Virus record (IMG/VR): IMGVR_UViG_3300042350_004528
Span: 1 to 64,000 of that record
Direction: 5' to 3' (one strand)
DNA length: 64,000 nt
Shown: piece by piece, positions 8,712-17,094 of the stretch
How the letters are laid out: the number at the start of each line of letters is the position of its first letter
Numbering within the stretch: position 1 is the stretch's first letter
Notes under the pieces: generated by a model
Databases searched by the model: none
What the model was told of the DNA's origin: nothing
Seen by the model: only the letters and a program-made list of their open reading frames with translations
Made by a program: the position numbers and the translations under genes

Positions 8712-9314
8712 TCAATTGTTTATTAGTTTAGTTAATTTTTCGAAGTCAAATGCTGGTGTCAAATCATAGTGATTTTTACTGAAATTACTTCTGTTGAGTA
8801 TTCCCTTGAAATTCATTGGTTTATGTGCAAGAACATTATTACCGATGAAATTTTTTTCAATTGAGTATTCTATACATAAATAGTTAATTAATTCAAATAG
8901 TACAGTCATTTGCTCATCAGTGTAATCCGCCCATAGCTTTTTACCACGCCAATTTGTTTCAATAACGGCGCCTTCATATCTAATTCCACGCCAATCTAAA
9001 TAAGCATCAGTTTTTTTGTGATATTCAAGCCACCCAACATTTTCTATCGCAATTGGTATAACAGCTTTATTTATATCATCTTTATCAAATAAGGGGCTAT
9101 AATTTTTGGGATTATAGTGTTGGTATAAAATACCAGACCTACTTATTGTGTAAGCTGGAATTTTATTGTATTTTTTATTAAATCTCAGTTTTAATTTTGT
9201 GATAAAGTCATCTATCGGATAACCAGTGTTTAACAAGACTATTTGTTTCTTATTTTGTCTTGTTTTAAACACTAAGCCATCATTAATTACAAAATCAGTG
9301 TTGATGTTCACCAT
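8712..9314 (-). CDS. N-acetylmuramoyl-L-alanine amidase (Amidase_2) homolog, apparently lacking its Zn-binding His residues
   Basis: YTISRSG.LYQ, IAIENVGW, WRG...W..YTDEQ...L..L and DLTPAFDF are present; the His ligands are replaced. Confidence 0.75.
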   Translation of the reverse strand: MVNINTDFVINDGLVFKTRQNKKQIVLLNTGYPIDDFITKLKLRFNKKYNKIPAYTISRSGILYQHYNPKNYSPLFDKDDINKAVIPIAIENVGWLEYHKKTDAYLDWRGIRYEGAVIETNWRGKKLWADYTDEQMTVLFELINYLCIEYSIEKNFIGNNVLAHKPMNFKGILNRSNFSKNHYDLTPAFDFEKLTKLINN

Positions 9315-9355
9315 CTTTAAAAACTCTTATAGTATCTATAAAGTTTATTGTTGGC

Positions 9356-9410
9356 GGTGTTTCGACTAACTCTGGTTGAATTTCCGTTGGTGTTTCGACT
9401 AACTCTGGTT
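9356..9410. repeat. 22-bp direct repeat x2 (GGTGTTTCGACTAACTCTGGTT), period 33 nt
   Basis: Copies at 9356-9377 and 9389-9410; encodes PELVETP twice in the -1 frame of the upstream gene. Confidence 0.9.
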
Positions 9411-9416
9411 CAGACG

Positions 9417-10157
9417 TTAGTTTTTTTTTTCGTCATCCTCAGTAGTTTGGATAACATCTTGAATAGTCTCTTGATCATTTAAAATTTCTGGTTCTATGAC
9501 CTCGCTTTGAGGTTCTATTTCATTTATTAATTCTTCTCTGTACTGCGAATTAGCCAATGCGGTTGGTTCGTCTGAATCGTTATAGTTTTCTTCTCCGTAT
9601 TTTTCAACATTATCTTTTCTAATTTTTTCAGCGATATCCCAAACTTTTTGATTAACCTTAACTTTATTTGATTCTACAAGTTTCTCATCAACCTGAGTCG
9701 GTTCAGTTACCTGTTCCTCATTTGGTTTAATATAATCAACGAGCGATTTAATAAAACCTAAAGCTACTAACGGTAAAATTGCGCCAGACACTATCGATAG
9801 AATTCTTTTTTGAAAAATCGGTTCTTCCTCAACCAAACCAAATAATTCAATCCACGATTGATAATTTTCTAGGTGAACATAGGCAAAATAAGTATTACCC
9901 ATTGCCTGCATGGCTGTTAAAACAAAAAATAACGCCCATACAATACCCTTGTTCATTTTTTGTAATGCTATAATTGAAGCAAGAGATGCTGCGGCACCAA
10001 CCTCAAACGCAATTGCTAAAGTGATTGCTAACCAGTCTGGATTAGATAGTTTGAAAAAATCAATTACGTGTATTGTTGATATGACGGATACCATCACATA
10101 TAGCAATACAAACGTACCTATTATAAAATTCCTGGTTAATTTATTCTCACCCTTCAT
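9417..10157 (-). CDS. 4-TM membrane protein with acidic tail; holin candidate; -1 frame extension to 9295 likely
   Basis: Four hydrophobic helices; directly upstream of the amidase; ends GAA AAA AAA AAC TAA. Confidence 0.6.
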   Translation of the reverse strand: MKGENKLTRNFIIGTFVLLYVMVSVISTIHVIDFFKLSNPDWLAITLAIAFEVGAAASLASIIALQKMNKGIVWALFFVLTAMQAMGNTYFAYVHLENYQSWIELFGLVEEEPIFQKRILSIVSGAILPLVALGFIKSLVDYIKPNEEQVTEPTQVDEKLVESNKVKVNQKVWDIAEKIRKDNVEKYGEENYNDSDEPTALANSQYREELINEIEPQSEVIEPEILNDQETIQDVIQTTEDDEKKN

Positions 10158-10336
10158 TATTGATTGTTTTCTTTTTCTTTTTTTGCTATTGCAATAGCAG
10201 CTTGTTGTTTTAAATTTTTAGATTTAAACTCTTGCAGCATGTTTTTTTGATCCTCATTTAATGTGGTCTCATCTATTTGTTCGATTCTCGCATCAACCTG
10301 CGCAATCAAACTATTTAATTTTTCTAAGTTATCCAT
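10157..10336 (-). CDS. small coiled-coil protein (59 aa, absent from the ORF track): MDNLEKLNSLIAQVDARIEQ...
   Basis: Translated manually; ATG 2 nt after the ArdC stop; TAATG coupling to the holin candidate. Confidence 0.7.
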   Translation of the reverse strand: MDNLEKLNSLIAQVDARIEQIDETTLNEDQKNMLQEFKSKNLKQQAAIAIAKKEKENNQ

Positions 10337-10338
10337 GA

Positions 10339-11850
10339 TTAATATGTGATTAATTCTTTAAATCTGTTAATTATTGATTTGATTTCGTTTAAAGATTCGG
10401 CAACATTGGTTTCACCAGGGGTTGCTGCACCTTCAACGTTTGGAGCATATTTTTCAATCTGTTGAATAATAAACATTGATGTTTCTCTAATAACCTTTTG
10501 AAATGCTTTAACTTTATCTTTATTTTGTTTCCATAAAGCTAAATAGTTAATTGAGTGTTCGATAGGAAACTCATAAGTTTTCATCACAGTATAAGCAACA
10601 GCTTCAGCATGTAATTCTTTTTCCTCAGATGAAAATTCTCTACCAATAAATAATTTACCGTTAGCTAAACCTTTATTGGCTGGTTGGTGTAAGATCTCAT
10701 GCGCTAATTCATGAACAAATGTTGATAATAACCCAGCTCCAACGCTATTTGTTAATAACTCAATGTGACCACCTTTACTAACACCTCTTGCACCACCTAA
10801 ATCGTCTGATTGTTTAATTTTAATACCATTGTCTTCTGAAAAGGCTTTTAGGGCCTCAATCATCACTCTTGATTTCTCATCCTCGGTATCATCATCATTA
10901 AACCATTTTGGTGGTTCAGGTGCATTAATTTGTTCCACACCAGGTATTGGTTGTACATTTGCATTATCATAAATCGCAACTTCCGTGAATTGGCTTGTAC
11001 CTTTGAATTTAACATATCCCTTTTTCAAAGCCCAGTTCCAAAACGCATTGTGCTTTTCTTTTGGGATTGGGTTATTGGGGTCTGTAATTTTAAATGTTCC
11101 ACTTTCAGCGGCATACTCTTGTGGTGATTTCGGATGGTCTTTAATGATTCTAGCAACGTTACTTGCCAAACTACCAGTTCCACCTGGTTTTAAAATCATA
11201 ATTTTTCTAGCATCTGGTTTAGGTTCATAGCCCCTACCCAACCAATATGGTACCGAACCGAATTCTTTAGCACCTTTGGTTGCTTGTAACCATATCATGA
11301 ATGTATTGAAAAAACTATATGAATATCTACCAGTATCTAAAATATAAGCCTTAGCTGCTTTGTTAAACTCAGCGATATCATCCAATAATTTTTGATCATC
11401 CAAACTATCTGCTAACTGATCAATATAGTCGTTAATTAAGTCCAAAGTAACTTTTCCAGATTTTGATTTAACAAACTCAAGAGTACCTTTTACAGTCTCC
11501 AAAAATTCTTTAGCTTTAACCAAAGATTCAACATCATCAAATTTGGTTACCTCTGGTCTACCAGAAATGTCAGCACCTAATATTTGATTAGCAGCTTTAA
11601 CAGCATCATTAGCCATTTTAGCTATCTCATCAGCACTTTTGAATCTATCATTCCAGTACCAATGCTTTTCATCGTTATCCCAAGCAGCCCCATACTTTTT
11701 GAATACGTCTTTGGTTTTAAACGTTTCATTACCAGCTTCTCTTTTATCTGGATTATCCGATACAACAAAAATTCTTTTTTGTCCGTATCTATCGGTTGTA
11801 CTTTTTAACCCAATGGCCTCATTAGTCGTTGAATCAATTACTTTAAACAT
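10339..11850 (-). CDS. ardC: ArdC-like anti-restriction protein: DUF5710-like N-terminus, ArdC ssDNA-binding domain and zincin metallopeptidase
   Basis: KDVFKKYGAAWD...WY; YSFFN...IWLQ...W..G; HELAHEILH...ELHAEAVAY...SINYLALW. Confidence 0.8.
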   Translation of the reverse strand: MFKVIDSTTNEAIGLKSTTDRYGQKRIFVVSDNPDKREAGNETFKTKDVFKKYGAAWDNDEKHWYWNDRFKSADEIAKMANDAVKAANQILGADISGRPEVTKFDDVESLVKAKEFLETVKGTLEFVKSKSGKVTLDLINDYIDQLADSLDDQKLLDDIAEFNKAAKAYILDTGRYSYSFFNTFMIWLQATKGAKEFGSVPYWLGRGYEPKPDARKIMILKPGGTGSLASNVARIIKDHPKSPQEYAAESGTFKITDPNNPIPKEKHNAFWNWALKKGYVKFKGTSQFTEVAIYDNANVQPIPGVEQINAPEPPKWFNDDDTEDEKSRVMIEALKAFSEDNGIKIKQSDDLGGARGVSKGGHIELLTNSVGAGLLSTFVHELAHEILHQPANKGLANGKLFIGREFSSEEKELHAEAVAYTVMKTYEFPIEHSINYLALWKQNKDKVKAFQKVIRETSMFIIQQIEKYAPNVEGAATPGETNVAESLNEIKSIINRFKELITY

Positions 11851-11854
11851 TTTC

Positions 11855-12196
11855 TTATTTTTCTAATTCATTTATTTTATTTTCTAATTCTTCTTTTGGT
11901 GGAATAATGAACTGATTTTGAAAACTCATCATCTGTTCTTGTCTATTTAATTTAGACATTTCATTATTTAATTTGTTGTAAACACCAAATTCAGCTTTAT
12001 ACTGAATAATTAACATGTTATTTTCGGTTGGTATTAAAGTTTGTAAACTATCATTTTGAACCTGAAGAATATCACGTTCTTTAGTTAACCTTTTAATCTT
12101 ACCGTTTTTACTGCAATTTTGCATGGACATAACTAGTATTAAAAAAATAACACTAATCATTCCATACTTATTAAAAAAATTTTTAATTTTTTCCAT
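11855..12196 (-). CDS. membrane-anchored or lipoprotein-like coiled-coil protein, possible lysis accessory
   Basis: N-terminal hydrophobic helix followed by QNC and a coiled coil. Confidence 0.6.
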   Translation of the reverse strand: MEKIKNFFNKYGMISVIFLILVMSMQNCSKNGKIKRLTKERDILQVQNDSLQTLIPTENNMLIIQYKAEFGVYNKLNNEMSKLNRQEQMMSFQNQFIIPPKEELENKINELEK

Positions 12197-12218
12197 AATT
12201 TAGTATTTTGCCTTATTA

Positions 12219-12225
12219 ATAAATA
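12219..12225 (-). promoter_or_regulatory. TATTTAT putative late promoter element
   Basis: Recurrent intergenic motif on the coding strand; heads the ArdC/lysis block. Confidence 0.5.
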
Positions 12226-12234
12226 TTTAGAGTT

Positions 12235-13032
12235 TTATAAGAGTTCAAATAATTCCTTAGAATAGAACCTTAATTTTTTAATCGCCTTTTCTTTTATCTG
12301 GCGAACACGCTCTTTTGTTAGGTTAAGTTCCTCAGATATATCCTGTAACGTCAAGGGCTCCCCATCTAAACCAAAATACTTGGTTACAACGTATTGCTCA
12401 GAATCCGTTAAATTAGATAAAACTATTTTAAGTCTATTAATTAACGAATCATGATCGTCAGAAAAAATCAAATCGGGTCTTTTCGAATTAACATCCTCAA
12501 TCACATCGTACATCGAATTACCTTCATCGTCAAAAGGTGCGTCTAAGTATGTTATTGTTGGTAAACCAAGAATACTGGTTGGTGTTTCGTTCTCGTCCGC
12601 ACTATACTCTTTTGGAGTCTCTTTGCGCAACTTATTCATTTCGTTAATAATGTTCACTGGTAGACGAATTGCCCTAGAATTTTCGTGTAAAGATTGCAAC
12701 ATACTTTGTTTTACCCACCAAACCGCATAAGAAAGGAATCTAACGTTGGTTTGGTCATAATTGTAGCGCTCTGCGGCTTTAATTAAACCATAATTACCCT
12801 CAGATATCAAATCAGATAATGATAAACCTTGATTCTGATATTGTTTTGCCATTGATATGACAAATCTTAAATTAGAATAAATTAACAAATCTTTCGACTT
12901 TTGGCATCCAGTTTTTATTTTATCAATTAGTTTAAATTCTTCCTCACGTGTTAGTGCTGGGTATTTTCTAACATCATAAAGGTAAAGATTAATTTCGGAT
13001 TGGTCAATCCAGTGCGAGGTATCTTTGATCAT
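12235..13032 (-). CDS. RNA polymerase sigma70 factor, RpoD/SigA family, Bacteroidota-like (no region 1.1)
   Basis: NLRFVISMAKQYQNQGLSLSDLISEGNYGL, SYAVWWVKQS, region 4 LTKERVRQIKEKA. Confidence 0.95.
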   Translation of the reverse strand: MIKDTSHWIDQSEINLYLYDVRKYPALTREEEFKLIDKIKTGCQKSKDLLIYSNLRFVISMAKQYQNQGLSLSDLISEGNYGLIKAAERYNYDQTNVRFLSYAVWWVKQSMLQSLHENSRAIRLPVNIINEMNKLRKETPKEYSADENETPTSILGLPTITYLDAPFDDEGNSMYDVIEDVNSKRPDLIFSDDHDSLINRLKIVLSNLTDSEQYVVTKYFGLDGEPLTLQDISEELNLTKERVRQIKEKAIKKLRFYSKELFELL

Positions 13033-13634
13033 TCTTTTGTGTATTTTTTAAGGATTAATTTTTCTTTTTCGGTTAAACTTTCAATACCAGATTCTTTAAT
13101 TTTTTCGAGGATTGGATCAATATCGTCCATAGTAATAACATCATCTAAGTTATTCACTAAATTGGTTTCAGACTCCATCTCTTGATGCTCTTGTATTAAA
13201 CGCATAAAGGTATATTTCATTTGTTGTAGTACTTCAATAAATTCTTGCACTCTATTTAATGCTTCTGTTGGTGTTTTAAGTTCAGTCATTGGGTCATATA
13301 AATGTTTGTAATGAACTTGATCCATTGTTTTGGCATGTTTACTTTTTGAGTCAAAGATAAAAAAACTATCCATATACCCTTGATATACTCTGTTAAAAAT
13401 TTCTTGCACCTCAAACAAGTTTTTAGTGGTGTCAAATCTTATTACAATACAAGCAGAACCTATGCTATATCTGAACATAGACTTCGTGTCCAAAATAGCT
13501 TTAAACCCGTGTTTAAAGTTTTGTGGATATCTACCTAAAAAAAACATAATATACTCGTTTCTTTTAGGTTGAAATAGTTTGCTCAAACTAACGTATATGT
13601 AGTACCTAATTTTAAATAAAAAATAAGTTATCAT
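13029..13634 (-). CDS. hypothetical protein with C-terminal DUF6576-like motif
   Basis: DIDPILEKIKESGIESLTEKEKLIL. Confidence 0.65.
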   Translation of the reverse strand: MITYFLFKIRYYIYVSLSKLFQPKRNEYIMFFLGRYPQNFKHGFKAILDTKSMFRYSIGSACIVIRFDTTKNLFEVQEIFNRVYQGYMDSFFIFDSKSKHAKTMDQVHYKHLYDPMTELKTPTEALNRVQEFIEVLQQMKYTFMRLIQEHQEMESETNLVNNLDDVITMDDIDPILEKIKESGIESLTEKEKLILKKYTKE

Positions 13635-16024
13635 TCAATTACATTTTCTACTAAAGTGGATATGTTATTATCTTTTCTAACCTTAACCATATGATCGGCC
13701 CAATCCTGTATTAATGGATTGTGGCTGATAACCCAAATATGCTCGAAGAATTGTTTAAGTTTATCAAAGAATAATCCAATCTTATCCAGATTTTCATTCG
13801 ATACTTTACCAGTTACCTCATCAAATACTATGATATTTGGTTTTGGTAATGAACAAACTTTACTCAACACACATCTAAGTGCCAAAGAACTCACAGTTTT
13901 TTCATAACCAGATCCAGCGTTTAGTGGTTTTTCAACCCCAGTTGATTGGTCAACCATCCAAAACTCAACCTCACTTTTTTCATTCATTCTCATCTCCAAT
14001 ATAAACTCACATGTATCTGAAAGTAATATCTTTAAATGACTGTTTATTAATGGTATCATTGTACCCAGAACCATTTTAGAGATACCATTTTTACCATATA
14101 CATCCAAGTACACCTTGAATATATTATCAATCATCTCTTCGTTTTTAAGCTCTTTCAATAAACCATTATACTCATCGATTTTACTTTTAGATAGTTCAAT
14201 ATCTTTTTCAAGGCTTTTGATTTGCAAAGATACCATATTTTTCTCCTGATCCAAGCCATCGATCTTAAATTTTATTGTTTGAATATCGGTATCAATCAAT
14301 TTGTTTTTATCCACCATCGCTTTTATCTTACGATATTGGTTTAATTTTTCCAAACCACGGCTCAAACTATCCTCATATGCTTTAAGTTCAACTTTGGCCT
14401 TATCGACCAATAGGATATTTCTGTTATAAGAATCCCATTTGTTTTTTATCTCATCCATGTGATTCATCGAAGTTGTTATTTCAACAATTTTTTGTTTCAC
14501 AAGTTCCCATTCGGACTGTTTGCTTGAAAGTAATTTTTCGTTATCAGCAATTTCTTTTTTATGGTCAACATGATCCAAAGGTCTTTTACACGTTTGGCAA
14601 ATCTCACTGTTTTTCAACATGTCAATCGTTTGACTGGTTGAGCTTATTTCAAGGCGCAATGTAATTTCAGCTTCTGTATTTTCTTTTAGAGCCAACTTTT
14701 GTGTGCCGTAAAAATCGATATCATACTCCTCACCTGGTATCGGTATTTGTGATTCCAGTGTTTTTATTTCATTAGTTTTTTGTGTAACCAAACCTTCAAC
14801 TTTATCTATGCCAGATTGGATGGTTTCTTCATCCAATTTATACAACTCGCTATCAATATCATTATATCTTGTTTTAAATAGTTCCTCGCGTGTTTTATTT
14901 AAACCATTTATCTGTACCTTATAATTATCTTCAGTTTGCTTTTGTGAGATAATCATCAGTTCATTTTGCCCTATTTTATCATTTTCCGTATCAATTTTAG
15001 CTAAAATCTCCTGACTATTATTATGATACAACTTAGATTTTTCTTTCCACTCGGTGTGTTTTTTCTTAGCAATCTTCTCTTTTTCACGGAAAAACTCCAA
15101 ACCGATAAATCTAGTTAAAATTCTACCCCTTTCGGTTGGTTTTGTTTTTATCAGATCATCCAGGTTATCGCCCGTTGTGAGAATTGTGATTAAAAAATCA
15201 TCGTAGGTTCCGACATAAGTTTTAATCAATTCATCGGTAAATTTACGTTGTTCGCCATTGAGTTGTTTTATACCGCCTCTTGGTAATACTTGATAAAAAT
15301 CAACCTCACCCTTGCATGCATGACCATCTTTTGATTTCTTTCTACTTATGGTTCTTTTAATAATATATGTGTCACCCTCGATATCAACCTTACCCTTAAC
15401 CTCAACCAAATCATCTTCACTAAAACGATTGAAGATTTCTTCATTTTTATCCGTTTTGGTGGTTGTACCAAAGAAAAGAAACAATAATAAATCAACGGTT
15501 AATGTTGTCTTACCACCGTAATTTGGTGGGTCAGATATAACCGATGTAATGCCATTCTTGTCCTCAAAAGTTATCTTATTATTTTTACCGTATGATAAGA
15601 AATTTGAAAACTCTATTTCTTTAATTTTAAAAGTCTTATACCTATTGGTGTGTTCCTTATAATTTTCAAGTTCAAGATTAACAGATGAGTCAAGTTTCAT
15701 CAGATGTGCTAAAGATACTGATATATTATTATCTTTAATATATTGCTCAATAAGCGATTTTTGGTAATTTTCATCCAATACCAATTCGGAAGCATCGGCG
15801 GCCCCCTCAACCACAACACTTGAATTTTTAGATGTGATTGGTTTAAATATAACTTTTACCTTATTGGTTTTATATTTCGTTTGGAAATACTTCTCGATTT
15901 GCTTTTCTTTATGATTAGAATGGTTATCTAATGTATCTTCCCAAATTACCTTAATATAATTATTGCTGTCGTATATCTGTTCGTCAGCTAGCTTAGATTT
16001 TGTCGTAGACTCTGTAATCATCAT
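13631..16024 (-). CDS. sbcC: SbcC/Rad50/gp46-like recombination ATPase
   Basis: NFLSYG, P-loop NYGGKTT, zinc hook CQTC, signature GSGYE, Walker B IVFDE, ISH. Confidence 0.92.
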   Translation of the reverse strand: MMITESTTKSKLADEQIYDSNNYIKVIWEDTLDNHSNHKEKQIEKYFQTKYKTNKVKVIFKPITSKNSSVVVEGAADASELVLDENYQKSLIEQYIKDNNISVSLAHLMKLDSSVNLELENYKEHTNRYKTFKIKEIEFSNFLSYGKNNKITFEDKNGITSVISDPPNYGGKTTLTVDLLLFLFFGTTTKTDKNEEIFNRFSEDDLVEVKGKVDIEGDTYIIKRTISRKKSKDGHACKGEVDFYQVLPRGGIKQLNGEQRKFTDELIKTYVGTYDDFLITILTTGDNLDDLIKTKPTERGRILTRFIGLEFFREKEKIAKKKHTEWKEKSKLYHNNSQEILAKIDTENDKIGQNELMIISQKQTEDNYKVQINGLNKTREELFKTRYNDIDSELYKLDEETIQSGIDKVEGLVTQKTNEIKTLESQIPIPGEEYDIDFYGTQKLALKENTEAEITLRLEISSTSQTIDMLKNSEICQTCKRPLDHVDHKKEIADNEKLLSSKQSEWELVKQKIVEITTSMNHMDEIKNKWDSYNRNILLVDKAKVELKAYEDSLSRGLEKLNQYRKIKAMVDKNKLIDTDIQTIKFKIDGLDQEKNMVSLQIKSLEKDIELSKSKIDEYNGLLKELKNEEMIDNIFKVYLDVYGKNGISKMVLGTMIPLINSHLKILLSDTCEFILEMRMNEKSEVEFWMVDQSTGVEKPLNAGSGYEKTVSSLALRCVLSKVCSLPKPNIIVFDEVTGKVSNENLDKIGLFFDKLKQFFEHIWVISHNPLIQDWADHMVKVRKDNNISTLVENVIE

Positions 16025-16313
16025 TTAATGTTGCTTTTTTAAATACTTTTTTAGGTTCTTCTTTTGGTGGCTCTGGTATTTTTGGTTGTTCTGGCAAAGA
16101 TACGGGTTTTTCTGGCTCATATACCATAGGCTCTGGTTTTTTTTCCACATTTTTTACAAACTCAGGCGCTGTACCATATTTTTCCACCATAAACCCCTTC
16201 TCAAGTAACTCGGTGCAGAACAAATCAATATTTTCTATATTGTTTGCCTTACAATATAGTTTTATGTCATCGTGTAATTGTTTTTTGATATTAAGCGTTA
16301 GTGAGTTGCTCAT
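15993..16313 (-). CDS. hypothetical protein with Pro/Glu/Lys-rich tail (start moved to the ATG at 16313)
   Basis: ORF between sbcD and sbcC. Confidence 0.65.
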   Translation of the reverse strand: MSNSLTLNIKKQLHDDIKLYCKANNIENIDLFCTELLEKGFMVEKYGTAPEFVKNVEKKPEPMVYEPEKPVSLPEQPKIPEPPKEEPKKVFKKATLNDDYRVYDKI

Positions 16314-17094
16314 TTCCGTTTTCAATATCTTCAAAGTCGTTTATCTTAAAATTAAGATATTTTATTGGATTTTCAATATCGGTAAAATCATAAGACAATA
16401 CTTTATTACCATCAACTCTCAATGTATTATATCCATGCTCTGATATCGTTTCAGAAAAATCTTGTTGAATAAAGCTACCTGGCATAATCACGTGAACACC
16501 TCTTTTAGTTCGCAACACTTGTCTTTTGTGTATATCACCACAAAGAACAACGTCACAAACATTAAATTTCTCAACATCAGCGCCATGTAAGAAAGTGAAC
16601 CCTAAGTTATTTGTTGCACCATTAATAATACCATGGTACAACCCAATTTTAACTTTTTCTGGATATGTGTTTATCATCGCAGCTTCTGGAGTCATGTTGT
16701 TATCGTAGATTGAATAAACGACCCAAGCAACATTATCGTCAACAAAAACATCTGATTTAGTGTAGTATATAATGTTTTCAACATCCAGTGCGTTTATGAT
16801 TGGTGTTAATGCATCCATTCGTTCTTTATTCTGCTCAACAATATCGTGGTTTCCTGGAATAATAACAACCTTACCCGTTAGTTTTGAACATTCATTCAAA
16901 AACCACGAAACTTCATTAACCAACTCTGGGCTTATTTGATTTCTGGAGTGAACAATGTCACCAGCAATAACAATCCGATCTGGTTTAACGGATTTCATTT
17001 GGTCGATAAAATTTTCACATATCGCTCTAAATTCAATGTGTCGCTGAAAATTCCTAAAGTGAATATCAGCAATGTGTACAATCTTCTGTATCAT
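16291..17094 (-). CDS. sbcD: SbcD/Mre11/gp47-like metallophosphoesterase nuclease
   Basis: ADIH, AGD, GNHD, YHG, GDIH, PGS. Confidence 0.92.
   Translation of the reverse strand: MIQKIVHIADIHFRNFQRHIEFRAICENFIDQMKSVKPDRIVIAGDIVHSRNQISPELVNEVSWFLNECSKLTGKVVIIPGNHDIVEQNKERMDALTPIINALDVENIIYYTKSDVFVDDNVAWVVYSIYDNNMTPEAAMINTYPEKVKIGLYHGIINGATNNLGFTFLHGADVEKFNVCDVVLCGDIHKRQVLRTKRGVHVIMPGSFIQQDFSETISEHGYNTLRVDGNKVLSYDFTDIENPIKYLNFKINDFEDIENGNEQLTNA

Noticed and set aside
9356-9410. 22-bp direct repeat as a mini-CRISPR array or att site
   Set aside because: Only two copies with an 11-nt spacer and no cas or integrase gene; the 33-nt period is explained by a coding duplication
9398-9421. Hairpin ACTAAC-G-TCTG-AAC-CAGA-GTTAGT as a frameshift stimulator
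   Set aside because: It begins inside the slippery site rather than 5-9 nt downstream, so the ribosome would unwind it; not counted as support
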